In this document: in pieces, positions 50,009 through 61,962 of the stretch
Position numbering within the stretch: position 1 is the first letter of the stretch
How the letters are laid out: each line of letters starts with the position of its first letter
Assembly: GCF_964188315.1 (NCBI RefSeq)
Contig: NC_135665.1
Coordinates: 27,404,001 to 27,468,000, forward strand
Source: Podarcis muralis
Lineage: Eukaryota
DNA length: 64,000 nucleotides
Direction: 5' to 3'
Program-made: the position numbers and the translations under genes
Notes under the pieces: generated by a model
What the model was told of the DNA's origin: nothing
Databases searched by the model: none
The model's input: only the letters and a program-made list of their open reading frames with translations

Positions 50009-50369
50009 GGTATGCGGGTGGCGCTGTGGGTAAAAGCCTCAGCGCCTAGGACTTGCCAACTGAAAGGTTGGCGGTTCGAATCCCCACGGCGGGGTGCGCT
50101 CCCGTCGCTCGGTCCCAGCGCCTGCCAACCTAGCAGTTCGAAAGCACCCTCGGGTGCAAGTAGATAAATAGGGACCGCTTACTAGCGGGAAGGTAAACGG
50201 CGTTCCGTGTGCTGCGCTGGCTAGCCAGATGCAGCTTGTCACGCTGGCCACGTGACCCGGAAGTGTCTCTGGACAGCGCTGGCTCCCGGCCTATAGAGTA
50301 AGATGAGCGCACAACCCTAGAGTCTGGCAAGACTGGCCCGTACGGGCAGGGGTACCTTTACCTTTACCT
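50009..50369 (+). mobile_element. Sauria SINE (full length)
   Basis: Same subfamily as 5479, 27551 and 40137; 13-bp TSD TACATTAAAGAAA (49996-50008, 50370-50382). Confidence 0.95.
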
Positions 50370-52583
50370 TACATTAAAGAAATATATGATTTCCATTTCT
50401 CATGCAAAAAGAAGCATAAATCTATACCAAATTTTAATTTTATTCCTGTCCATGAAATACTTGTAAAATACTTATCAAATTACGTACTTGCTTCAGAAAT
50501 AGTTCATGGGGGTCTGACACTTTTATATTCAAGTTGGACATAAAACCACAGAAATGATTGACTTTTCTGACCTCCAGAAACCATTACTGAGGGGTAGCTT
50601 GCTTTTGGCTAATTAAGCTTTCCCAAAGACAACCTTGGTCACATCCTTTAGAGCACTCTTATACCACTTTAACAGCCATGGCTTCCCTCAAGAATCCTGG
50701 GAACTGTAGCAACTCTGGGGATCTGCTAGCAACTCCTAGCACCCTTAACATTGAGCACCCTTTCACTGAGCAAAGTTATGCCTGCTAAGGTAGTATAATA
50801 ATGCTATAAATGTAGATGGGACCCCTAACCCTGGACCATATGGTCTTTTAGAAGTAGAGAAAGATGCTTTGGCTCCTATGCAGAGCAGATTTATTTTGAA
50901 CCTTAGTCAGCCCTGCAGCGTGTGAAACAAAATCCCAGAATTTCAGAAATCCCAGGACCATCCGGAACAGCAGCAATCTATTTACACATAAATTATAGAA
51001 GTCCTCTAAAATAAACACACGCAGAGACAGGTAAGGAAAACAGATAAGGAAACAGTGGCAGAAACAGGTAAGGAAAAAGGTTTAGAAGAGAAAAGCAAAA
51101 CTTCTGACTGCTAATATAAGTCCTTGCCCCTGAAAGGGTATCCTCATAATTTCTCCAGATGTTCCAAGAGCCTAGAGAAAGTTTTCATCACATTTACAGC
51201 CCAAGAATGGGGCTTGGACACCTATTCTTAATAGCCCAAGTTCCCAAGTGTTTGCTAGCCATTAATACCTACAGACTTAAATATCTTCCTGCCTGCTGCA
51301 TTGTGCTGTGTGCATTTGACTTGGTTTTATTTAATAGTGGTTTTATTGTGCTATTTATATTATTGGTGTTGTGAACCACTTTGATACTATTCAAAGTGAA
51401 GAGTGGCATCTATAAATATTTTAGATAAATAAGTGTCTATCATACCATCTGTTCAATAAATTAATTTAATCAAGTTATAGACTGCTTAATATTTATAACA
51501 ATGTTTTTTTTAACATTTACAGAGTTTTTAAAAACCCATAACACCACAAAGCTAAAATACAAATGAAATGAAATACATACTGCCAAATAGGTTATCAAAA
51601 TGCCATTACCTTTGACATCGACAGCCATCTGTTTGGAAGGGTGAGGGACTTAAAGAAGGTTAGCCCTTTGAAAGTGGTCATTTGCTTGACATTAAAAGTA
51701 TGAAAGTATGTTTGTGTAGCATGTCATCATTGCATGTAGAGATCTGTGTGGAGTCATCTTGTTCCAAAAGCTATTTCCCCCCAATTTGCTCAGAAATTTC
51801 AAGTACAGAATAATGACATAATGCTATCAACTTACCCACTTTGTAACCAATTGAGACAATTCACGGAAGTAAAGTAAAACTTCGTGTAAAGCAGAAGGTT
51901 TGAAATCTTCCTGCTATTTACATGATGGATTAAATGTAGCCTAAATCTAACAGATGAAGGGGTTCTCAAAAGTGCAATATGTCTCGCCCGTTTGATATAC
52001 TTATAGAATTTTAGTGCTATCAATTCATAATTATTTCCCATTGGCTGTCTAAAGGCCAAAATATGAATTTCAGATAGATTATACTTTTAGGAACTCTCTG
52101 TTTTGTATAGCTCATTTTAACAGGAGAAATTTCCATCATTTCTAAGAGTGAATATTTCTTAATCAATATACTGCGGCTCTAAAGAGTGAGTATTTTATAC
52201 TCCTGTCAGAAGTCATTTGGTGCATGACCAATATCCAGTGAGATGACTCTCTTCTCTATTTTTATGATTGCCTTAGACATGGCTGTAATATAATCACTTA
52301 TGTTCAGCTAGTCGTTTCTCCTTCATTCTCCTATAACTCTTTGAAGTTACTTTACTTGCACCTTGGAACATTTAAATTCAAGTGGCAATGACTTGCTGAG
52401 GAATGTGTGTGTCCCCAAAATGCAACTGTTATAAATGATTCATGTGAATATTAGTTTAATATTTAATCTTATTTTGTTCTCACGTTTACAATGTTTTCTG
52501 CATATTTTTATTGTTTGTATAACTGTGTGGTTGAAGGAACCATCTGCAAAAAAAAACCCCTCACTTTCCTGATTTGGGCATTA

Positions 52584-52809
52584 CAGTGGTACCTCAGGTT
52601 ACATATGCTTCAGTTTATAGACTCCGCTAACCCAGAAATATTACCTCAGGTTAAGAACTTTGCTTCAGGATGAGAAAAGAAATCGTGCTTCAGCGGCGCA
52701 GCGGCAGCAGGAGGCCCCATTAGCTAAAGTGGTGCTTCAGGTTAAGAACAGTTTCAGGTTAAGAACAGACCTCCGGAACAAATTAAGTATTTAACCCGAG
52801 GTACCGCTG
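52584..52809. mobile_element. Tc1/mariner-type MITE
   Basis: TA|CAGTGGTACCTC ... GAGGTACCGCTG|TA; collinear with the 19157 copy. Confidence 0.92.
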
Positions 52810-54499
52810 TATGTCTAAATAGGGGACGCAAACACAAGTAGGGGACATTGGAGGTACACATGTTGGCCCTGCCGCCCCCCCCCCCAATATCCTCACATAC
52901 ATTGGCTCCCATGTTCTTCACTCCCCAACTTTCTTGCATTGTGCAGGAAGGTCTGAAGGGCTCTTAGAAGCCTCTGCATAATCAAGAATCCTGCAAAGAA
53001 ACCAAAGCCATGTTTCCCCTGCCCACCCCCCTAATATTCTTAAGAGGGTCTCTTCTCCAGTTTTCAGAGAGTGGCTGGAAGTGGGAAGGCAGGGAAAGGT
53101 CTTCCTTTCCTTCCACTCTGCAGTTTTAATCTGAAATTTTAGGCACAGTACTTCACCCAGAGCTCAGACACTGCTCACGCTAATGAAATTCCTTGTCGCA
53201 AAACATGCCTAGAACAATGGGAGTTTCGAACACTGCTTTGAACTTACCCACTTTGTTTGAGACAAACAGAGAAAGACAAACAGAGAGATGGTTGCATTGA
53301 TGGTGTGATCTCCTTAGCCCTACTCTGAATTCCTCCCTCAAGGTATGCACAGCCAGTGAAGGGTGTGGCCTTGGGGAGATTCCTGAGAGTCAGATAGGCC
53401 TGGAGGCTGCATTTGGTCACCTTTGATCTAAAAGACATGGCAGAAAAGGAAATGGATTCTGGATGGATTATATACATGCAACAAGGATGTTCCTGCTGGT
53501 CCGTGTTTTTTTTAAGAATATGCTGTCATCTAACTAATATATTCTGATGCTAAGCAGGTTTCGACTTGGAGAAATATAATCTATTTTGCCCTGTGAATTT
53601 GTATTAATATGGTTAGGATGTAGCTGCGCACTGTCTGGTTGTTCTGCATAGCCTCCAAAACAGTCATCCACAAGTGTCTTAAAAAACATTACAAACTTCT
53701 TTATCCTACTTGCCTGTTCACAAGAAAGGTGCATTGACTATATAGCATAGTTTCTCAATCACCAGCCTTGGATTGCTTCCTCTCATTGCTCAAGACAATG
53801 ACGATCCACTTTACCTTTCTTTGTTACCGTTTATATTTGTCTCCATTTCATACTTCAGTCAAAATCTTCTAATCATTAGAGTCTAATAGTGACAATTGAA
53901 AGTAGCTGTTCAGACTTAAGAGCTTTGTTTTGAGTTCCTCTGCATTTGGGGATATACTCAAGGGAAATACAGCACTTTAAAAAAAAAAAAACCCTGCTAA
54001 ATTAGTCCATGCCTGAAAAATATCCAACCATTAGTTTGCCACACATGTGCCTGTTCACCCCTGCCTGTTCACCCCTGTTGATGGATATGAGTCTCAGAAA
54101 GTGAGGGAGAAACAGTATATACTTCAATGAAGTTCCTCTCTCTCTCATCTCTCTGGTGTCAAGGTGGTGGCAAATAAGGAGCAACCTCTTCTCTGCTGAG
54201 GCAGTTGTTGTTGCAAATCAAAAGGAGCTATTATTTTGAGATAACGAGGACCTGAACAGCTATATTCTGGTCGATATGCTTGGCATGTTCTGTTCTGGAA
54301 TTGTTTTGGCTCACAGGCAGCGTTTGAGGACGCAGTAGCTGCTGCCACTTTCCAACTCTGGTGAGCAAAGCTATAGAGGAGAGGCTGATATAATGGAGCA
54401 GGCACAGTACACCAAGAGATTGCTGCTTGTGGCTATGAGAGAGAGAGGGAAGAGAAGTTGTAAAAAAAACTACACCTGTTTCCTCTCCATTCCTCCTGC

Positions 54500-54810
54500 T
54501 AGCCTTGCACTTGTTTCAGCTTCATTAGGCGTCCATTTATTGTGAGAGACTTTTTTCTATCCCCTTCCTCCATACCCTGTATCATTTTATACACTCTGAC
54601 ATCTATTCCTAGCCTTTCCTCTAAACTAAAAAGCCCCCCCCAAATGCTGTAAACTTCCCTCATAATGGAGTTGCTCCACCCAAATTGATCCAACTTACTT
54701 GCCTTTTCTAGCTCTAAGATATCCTTTTTGTGGTGAGGCAACCAAAACTGTGCAAACTATTCCAAATGAGATTGCACCATAGATTTGTAGAATGGCATTA
54801 CGATATTCCC
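54500..54810 (-). mobile_element. CR1-type LINE fragment (old)
   Basis: Minus-strand peptide PHHKKDILELEK...GLFSLEER...VYKMIQGME (CR1 ORF2 C-terminal motifs). Confidence 0.72.
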
Positions 54811-56231
54811 ATGAATGCAAATCTCCAGAGCTGGACCGGAGCTGAAAGTCTCACTGAGACCCAGAAGGAACCATTCCTTCAGCTTTAGTCAATCCCACTG
54901 TTAGATACCTTTGTTCAACAAAGTTTCTGGCACAGCTTTACACTGTGTTGATAAGAAAACTATTGTGATGTAACCAAATGGGATCTAAAGCTCCTTCTAT
55001 CCTGCTCCATTTTCCACACATAGCAGCTTAAAATTCTCATAAGGAGAAAGAGTGCTGTAGACACAAGTGGTATCTTGTTTCAGCTATAGAAGGCTATTTG
55101 TCTGAGACATGACTTTGCATTTGTTGTTTACTTGAGGCAATGTGTTTCATTCCATTGTTTCATTCAGTACATTTGGTTGGACACTGGCCAGGACAAAATG
55201 CCTCTTGTCAGGTTGATGAGTCAGACTTGATGCTACGCTTGCATGGCTCAATAAATCTGTCATCATCCTTCTTCCCTGATATGTTGCATGTGCCCCCATT
55301 TAGCCTCTTGCTTCCATCTCTTTAACATTTGTGTGTTTGTGTCTGGAACAACTTAAGATTGTAAAGCTTATCTATCTGTAGTCCATGATATTCAATAGGC
55401 TGGAGTGCAGCAGGGGGCCTGTCGGCCAGCATTTTATCCAAATGCTGCTGCTTATGTCTCAATCTCATGATCACCACAGCCTTGGCTAAGCAAAGGGGAC
55501 TAAGATCTGTTTGGCGTGAATTATGCACAGTGAATTGCCTGAGAACTACCCTGAAAGTGAGACACAATATCAGCCATCCGTGCATCATATGAATTAGGCA
55601 ATATTTAACTTTGAGGCTGTGACTGGAAAACTATGTAAAATCAATTCGTCTTAAGTGCTCTCCTGGTGGTTGCAAATGCTCACCCCAGCCCTGCTCTCAC
55701 ACCCTATTCCCAACACCATCTCTGAGTTTGGGCAAGTTCTGAAGGGAGAAAGTCTGCAGAACACAGGTAGACTGTCCCCATGAGCTCTTGTGAACACTTT
55801 CAGACTGTACTCAATGCATTAAGTTAGCTGTGTGGAAGCAGCATGGGACACAATCTCAGTTGCTTGGGAAGGTGCCTGAAGAAGACTAGGCCGAGGCCTA
55901 TATGTGTGTGTGAATCATGGTTGTTGTTGCTTTTAGAAGGATTCAATAAATGCATAATGAGACACTAGTTAATTGTCTGATTCACATATTGACTGTGGAC
56001 ATTCACCTCCCAAGTATAGGAACATAAAATAAGGCAAAATGGATGCTATAATTCTAAACCATTCAGATTGTGGCAAATAGGCTCTAAAGGAAGGGGACAA
56101 CCGTGAAATTTGAGAGTGTATACACTGATCCTTCAAGCATGGTTTAAAATCCGTGATCGCCTGTGCTTCACAACCTCAAACAGCACAAAGCACTCGCAGA
56201 ACATTGCTTCCATTGCCTTGAAACTACACGG

Positions 56232-56580
56232 TAGGGCTGGGCGATATCAACTTTCCAACATTGCAATGTATCACCAGCCAAACATCACAATATAGTGATA
56301 CATAGCAAAGTTGAAAAGCAGAGAGAGGAACAAGCTGCATCAGGCCCAGCCCCACAAGGTGCCAGGGTGAAATCGTCTCAGCATCCTTGGTGGGAACAGC
56401 AGGTGGTTTCACCCCGGTGCCTCGTGGGCCGGGGCTCAATGGAGTTCGTTCCTCCCTTGGTGTGCTGGCGGTATATTGAGGGTGAAACCACTGCTGCTCC
56501 TGACCACTGGATGAAGGCACCATCATGCTCTGGCCTTCAAACTGGTCCTGGGCAATGCATTGATACATCGCCCAGGCCTA
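56232..56580. mobile_element. hAT-like non-autonomous element (TAGGGCTG family)
   Basis: Inverted termini TAGGGCTGGGCGATAT / ATCGCCCAGGCCTA; no intact TSD seen. Confidence 0.6.
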
Positions 56581-58630
56581 GCACTTAGGACCCCTCAGAC
56601 GTAGGGGTCAAATGCAGCCCTCCAGGCTTTTCTGCCTGACCTTCTAGACTCTGGCAAGGTCGCTCCCTCCTAAGCCACACCCCTCAATGCCCTTATGCTC
56701 CACCCTCTGATGATTTTACCTGGCTGGATTATAACCATGAACTGTGATAATACTTCTTAGTTGTCTAGATGAAGCATCCTTCATCCCGGCAGCTAAGAGG
56801 TATTATCATGGTTCATAGCATGTCTCCGGCCACACCTACTTTTGCCACACTTACCACTGTGTGCCCATGAAGGAATGCACCCCTAAGGCTGAAAATGGTC
56901 CCATCACCCTTGCCATAGGGAAATGATTATTTGATACAGTTTTCCTGATCTCTGCTCCCTGATGCAATTTATTTTACTCAATGTTAAATCATTCTGAAGG
57001 AACAAGGGTCAGGAAACTCTTTTAGCCCGGTGGTAGCCTGAAGTGATAGGGTGAAAAGACAAACGCAGTACAGATTCTGTAGCTAGATATGGGAGTGAGT
57101 CCATGAGCTTTGACTCCATTGGGTGCTACATAGGCCGTAGATCAAGACCTGTTGAGACCTTGCCAAATCTTCCAAGATCCCCTAATTCATGCAGATCCCA
57201 TGCTCACCAGTGTGGGAAGAAATTGCCAACTGTTTCATGAGAGATCTCCCTTGTCCTCTTTTTCCCTCCAGCTGCTAATCAAGAGCAACCTTTATGGAGA
57301 CTGTTCCATTTTATTTTCCCTCTCCATTTACCTCTTCCACTGCCATCTGGTTGAAATACATTTTATCCTGTTTAGTCATGGAATTGTAGTGTTTTAGACC
57401 CATGCATATTCCATTCCTCAGATAGCTTCTGATATAGCTGTGCATTTAACATGTGTGAAGTTCTCCCCCCTAAAAAGCCTTTTCATAAGCCTACCCTGAA
57501 AAATGTTCCAACTAGCGCTAAGAGGTAAAACAAGAGCTGCTGCTGGGAAAATTCTTAAGGATGCCAGGTGGGATCTATTCACCAGAGTCTGAAACTTTAG
57601 GCAATTTCTTTCTTCAGCTAATGGGGTTCACAATGAAATTTATGTGTCAAGCTATAAATTAGGTACATATAAATTGTATATACCAGAAACTATCTGGGAT
57701 ATATATATATGTATTTCCCACAAAGAAATCCAGCATTACTTTAGCTTTACCAAAATCTCAGAGGGACAGTCTAAGAGCCAACATAGGAACCTGGACTTAA
57801 ATCTGTAGTTATAGATGAATTATATCCCTTTTTAGTTATCACTTCGGCGCTAGTTAGGAAGCCCTATTTCCAGATCAACACTTGCTATATTGATTATTGT
57901 TATTAATTAGATGATTACAATGATAGACATGTGAGGAAAATACAAAGCAACTGATGTTTCTGGGTTTGGGAGCCAATTTCCCTTTGGGATAGCTCCATGA
58001 AAGAAATATTAGCCTCTGTTTAAGTGCTAATAGCTCTAACTTTTCCAAGTTGTGTTCAGGGCAGGACGAATTTAGCATTTCAGCATGATCTGCGCTGTGT
58101 TTCAAAGTAAGTCACATAGCTAACAGGAATGGCAAAGCACTGTGTCTAATGCTAACAGCGTACAATGGAAACTGCCAAAGGAAAATAACCGTGAGCAAAA
58201 GGATGCATTTTCCATGAACAAGGGATATGAATTTGGCAGCCTAGCTGTAAATTGAATGGTTTTCCCTTTATTGCTTGCAAGCATTTCTTTGTTGTCCTTT
58301 ATGTGGAGAAGGTTAACGAGTCAACCTAATTCCTCATACGGGGGAACTTTATGGTTTTTCCTTTGGTTAAGAGCTAATGGGCCACCTGGGAACTGCTAGC
58401 TGAATGATTGTATGTACTGGAAAAGCACAGGAAAGGAATGTTTGATGAAGAGGAAAGGTGCCATTGTTGCTCAGCTTTTCCCCCACACCAAAGGTGCATT
58501 CAGACGCGGGGAATTTTGCATTAGTTTTCCTCATTATAATGCTCGTGCTTCTGTCCTGTTTTCTAACGTTCCTTTCACACTGCAATACATGTTGTGTTAT
58601 GAAACTGTGGCTTTTTGACTGATATACCAG

Positions 58631-58777
58631 CAGTGGCGTAGCGTGGGTTGTCAGCACCCGGGGCAAGGCAAGTAATTTGCGCCCCCTAACCCGTGGATTT
58701 GCGCCCCCTAACCCTAACCCCCAGATGTTGCGCCCGGTGCGGCCGGCCCCCCCTGCACCCCCCACGCTACGCCACTG
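58631..58777. mobile_element. hAT-type MITE (CAGTGGCGTAG family)
   Basis: Perfect 17-bp TIR CAGTGGCGTAGCGTGGG / CCCACGCTACGCCACTG; perfect 8-bp TSD TATACCAG (58623-58630, 58778-58785). Confidence 0.93.
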
Positions 58778-59424
58778 TATACCAGCACACCACACTGAAT
58801 TTCATTCACACCAGTGGGTGTGGTGTGACGCAACACTGGACATCACTGGACAATACCACTGCTCCCCCGCCCTTTCCACACATACATGCTTCTGTTCCCC
58901 CATGACTCCCCCAGGAAAAAAATCTGTATGCCAGTATACTGCCTCCAATTTTGTCACTTTAATCCTGTGAATATCTGGGCTGGGGGCTGCAAACAGTTTT
59001 GGTTTGGGTTTTAAACCAAATAACACAGAAATGAGCCCTAAACATACACTATATTCCATTAGTTTTCTAGAAGTGTATTTTATGCCACGTGAAATCTCAA
59101 ACATAATGCAGAAATTAACAGGGAGACATCAGGGAAATGGAATAAGCTGACACGTGAATGCCACAAAAAAAACAGAGCCTACAGCAACAATGACTGCAGA
59201 GGCTGTAAAGTCAGGAGTGAGTTAGTCTCTGCCTTCTTCAATACCGTCCCACTTAAAAAAATTTTTATAATACCAGAACTTGTGGACATCCAGGTAACTC
59301 ATAGACATCCAGTCTATGCCCTCTCCTATGCAAATCAGTTGAGAGATCTCTGTTGTATGTTGTATACCCAAAAATTGGGGGGGGGGGGAGAAGCCCACCC
59401 CCCGCCAATGACGCTTGGGGTATA

Positions 59425-59811
59425 GGTAAAGGTAAAAAAGTAAAGGACCCCTGGATGGTTAAGTCCAGTCAAAGATGACTATGAGGTTGCGGCACTCATC
59501 TCGCTTTCAGGCCGAGGGAGCCAGAGTTTGTCCACAGACAGTTTTCTGGGTCATGTGGCCAGCATGACTAAACCGCTACTGGTGCAAAGAGGACCAAGAC
59601 GAATGCCAGAGCGCAGGGAAATACCATTTATATTCCCACCACAGCGGTACTTATTTATCTACTTGCACTGGCATGATTTTGAACTGGTAGGTTGGCAGGA
59701 GCTGGGACTGAGCAATAGGAGCTCACTCTGTCGCAGGGATTCAAACCGCCAACCTTCTGATCGACAAGTCCAAGAGGCTCAGTGGTTTAGACCACAGCGG
59801 CACCCGCGTCC
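59425..59811 (-). mobile_element. Sauria SINE (third subfamily)
   Basis: Head ...GGACGCGGGTGCCGCTGTGGTCTAAACC, distinct 3' part (GACTGGACTTAACCATCCAGGGGTCC); 9-bp TSD TGGGGTATA (59416-59424, 59816-59824). Confidence 0.9.
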
Positions 59812-61278
59812 TGCATGGGGTATATAGGGTGCTTGCTGGGAGGATAATTTCCTCACTCACATCCATGCCCTTTTCCCTCACTATCAGTTCCCGATCTCCA
59901 TGATTGCTGTTATACCCACCCCAAAATGATAAAGTCTGCCCTTACAGGGGAACCACTGCAGCAATCATTCTGAAATTTGTCAGTCTTTATCCCCTCAAAT
60001 TGCATCCCATTCTCGCAGAAAATCATAAAATTATTGCGGGCGGGGGGGGGGAGTCATAGCCATTTTTCGATTTCCCATTATAGTGATAGGAGAGCACAAA
60101 GCTTCATTTTATACACAGTGGAACCCAACATACAGAATGGGGGGAAGGGAAGCGGGTAAATCTGGTTTTCATGTATAGCTCTACATAAAATCCCAATATA
60201 AACAATAAAAAAAATCCCCATCTACAGAGCTATCAGCTCTCTAGGAAGAGAGGAAGGGGGTGTTCTAATTTACAATTATATTAGAATAAATGCTTTTTTG
60301 ACACTGCAGCAGCAACGGACTCTTCAAGATCCTCTTAAATTGAAGGGGGCTGTTGATGTCAGTGCCTTCCATGTAAAAAGAAAACAGGGGGAGTTGACCT
60401 TGCCAAGAAGTCAGACCGTGTAAGTGCCATCAACAAGCATTTGTGGACAACCAGCAGCTGTGGACCTGCAGATGCAGCAGCGTGAGCCCATGTAAGTTGA
60501 TGCATAATTAGCTGTAGTAACTCTAGATTATGGAAAAAGCCACACAGTCTCTTTGCTGCACCTGCTGCAATGTGACTTCAAGTGTTTTCTCATATTTACA
60601 GACATTGCAAAATTATATACAGAGATTTTGTTCCTGGGCTACCATAACACTAGTCCTGATATTATTGGACCACTGTGCTGGTTTGGTGTGCTTTTTTTTA
60701 GCTGTTTTTAAATTTGCCCCCCAAAATATGACAGGGGTTACCCAGGTTTTCCCGGACGTTTTTGCTGATTTTTGGAAATTCCGCCCAGACGCTATTTTCG
60801 ATGGACAAATCCCAGATATGTTTGGCAGCCCTATCTAATGTGTTTATTTCTATTCATTTTCAGACTTAAAGCACGTGGTTGATCTAAAAGTGAAATAAGG
60901 AGCAGAGGGGCTCTCTGAATTTCCTGCCCATGCCCTCTACCCCACAGCTAACCAGGACAGACAGCGGGCAACAATAGCAATGGGCTCCAAAGCTCAGGCA
61001 GCTGCTTAGGAGAGAAGTGCATAGCAAAGCAGCTGCCATAAATGTTACCATTTTAATTGTCTATAACCCCTTTAGCTGGTGCTTCTTTTCAGAGTACTAG
61101 CCTCCCCCCAAAAGTTTAATACATAAAGTATATTGTACTAAAGGGCACTCAGTTGACCCTCCAGGGCCTGTGGTCACTGGCTTTTGCACCACCATGCCAG
61201 CTTCTGATGCCAGACCTTCTCGAGTGATTGCAAATGACCAGTTTCTTTAGCATCTGTATGTCCCTCTACATACTGATA

Positions 61279-61962
61279 CAGTGGTACTTTGGTTCTCAAA
61301 TGCCTTGGTACTCAAATGCCTTGGTTCCCAAACACCGAAAACCCGGAAGTAAGTGTTCCAGTTTTCAAATGTTTTTTCAGAAGCCGAACGTCCGATGCAG
61401 CTGTCGACTATTGTTTCCAAGACACCTGCATCAATCAGAAGCTGCACCTTGGTTTTCGAACATTTCGGAAGTCAAACAGACTTCTGGAATGGATTAAGTT
61501 TGATAACCAAGGTACCACTGTGTTTGGCGCTTTTGTTTTTGCTATTTATTTTGCGTTTTTGTTTTTGAGGCTTTTTCCGTTAATTTGTTTTTGTGGCTGT
61601 GTGGAACCCACTTCAGCTGACTGATTGATTGTGTGACTGCGGAAATGGATAAAAGCCCCCCATCCAAACAATGACTATCATCAGTGCAAGAAAGAAAATA
61701 ATAATAATAATAATTTTTATCATCTACAATACTGTCTTATTTATTTCATAGTACAGTACATTGATTGTTGCTTTCATTCTTTGGATCAATGGTCTCGTTA
61801 GATAGTAAATTTCATGTTAAATTGTTGTTTTAGGGGTTGTTTTTTAAAAGTCTGGAATGGATTAATCCATTTTGCATTACTTTCTATGGGAAAGTGTGCC
61901 TTGGTTTTGGAACACTTTGGTTTTGGAACGGACTTCCGGAATCGATTAAGTTTGAGAACCAA
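61279..61962. mobile_element. Composite Tc1/mariner-type element (one left end, two right-end modules)
   Basis: TA|CAGTGGTAC left TIR; right TIR CCAAGGTACCACTG at 61507-61520; a second right-end module GGACTTCCGGAATCGATTAAGTTTGAGAACCAA at 61930-61962. Confidence 0.8.

Noticed and set aside
58700-58722. Interstitial telomeric array
   Set aside because: Only 2.5 CCCTAA units, internal to a MITE
58367-58795. 142-aa minus-strand ORF
   Set aside because: It begins in and reads through a GC-rich MITE; no homology recognised
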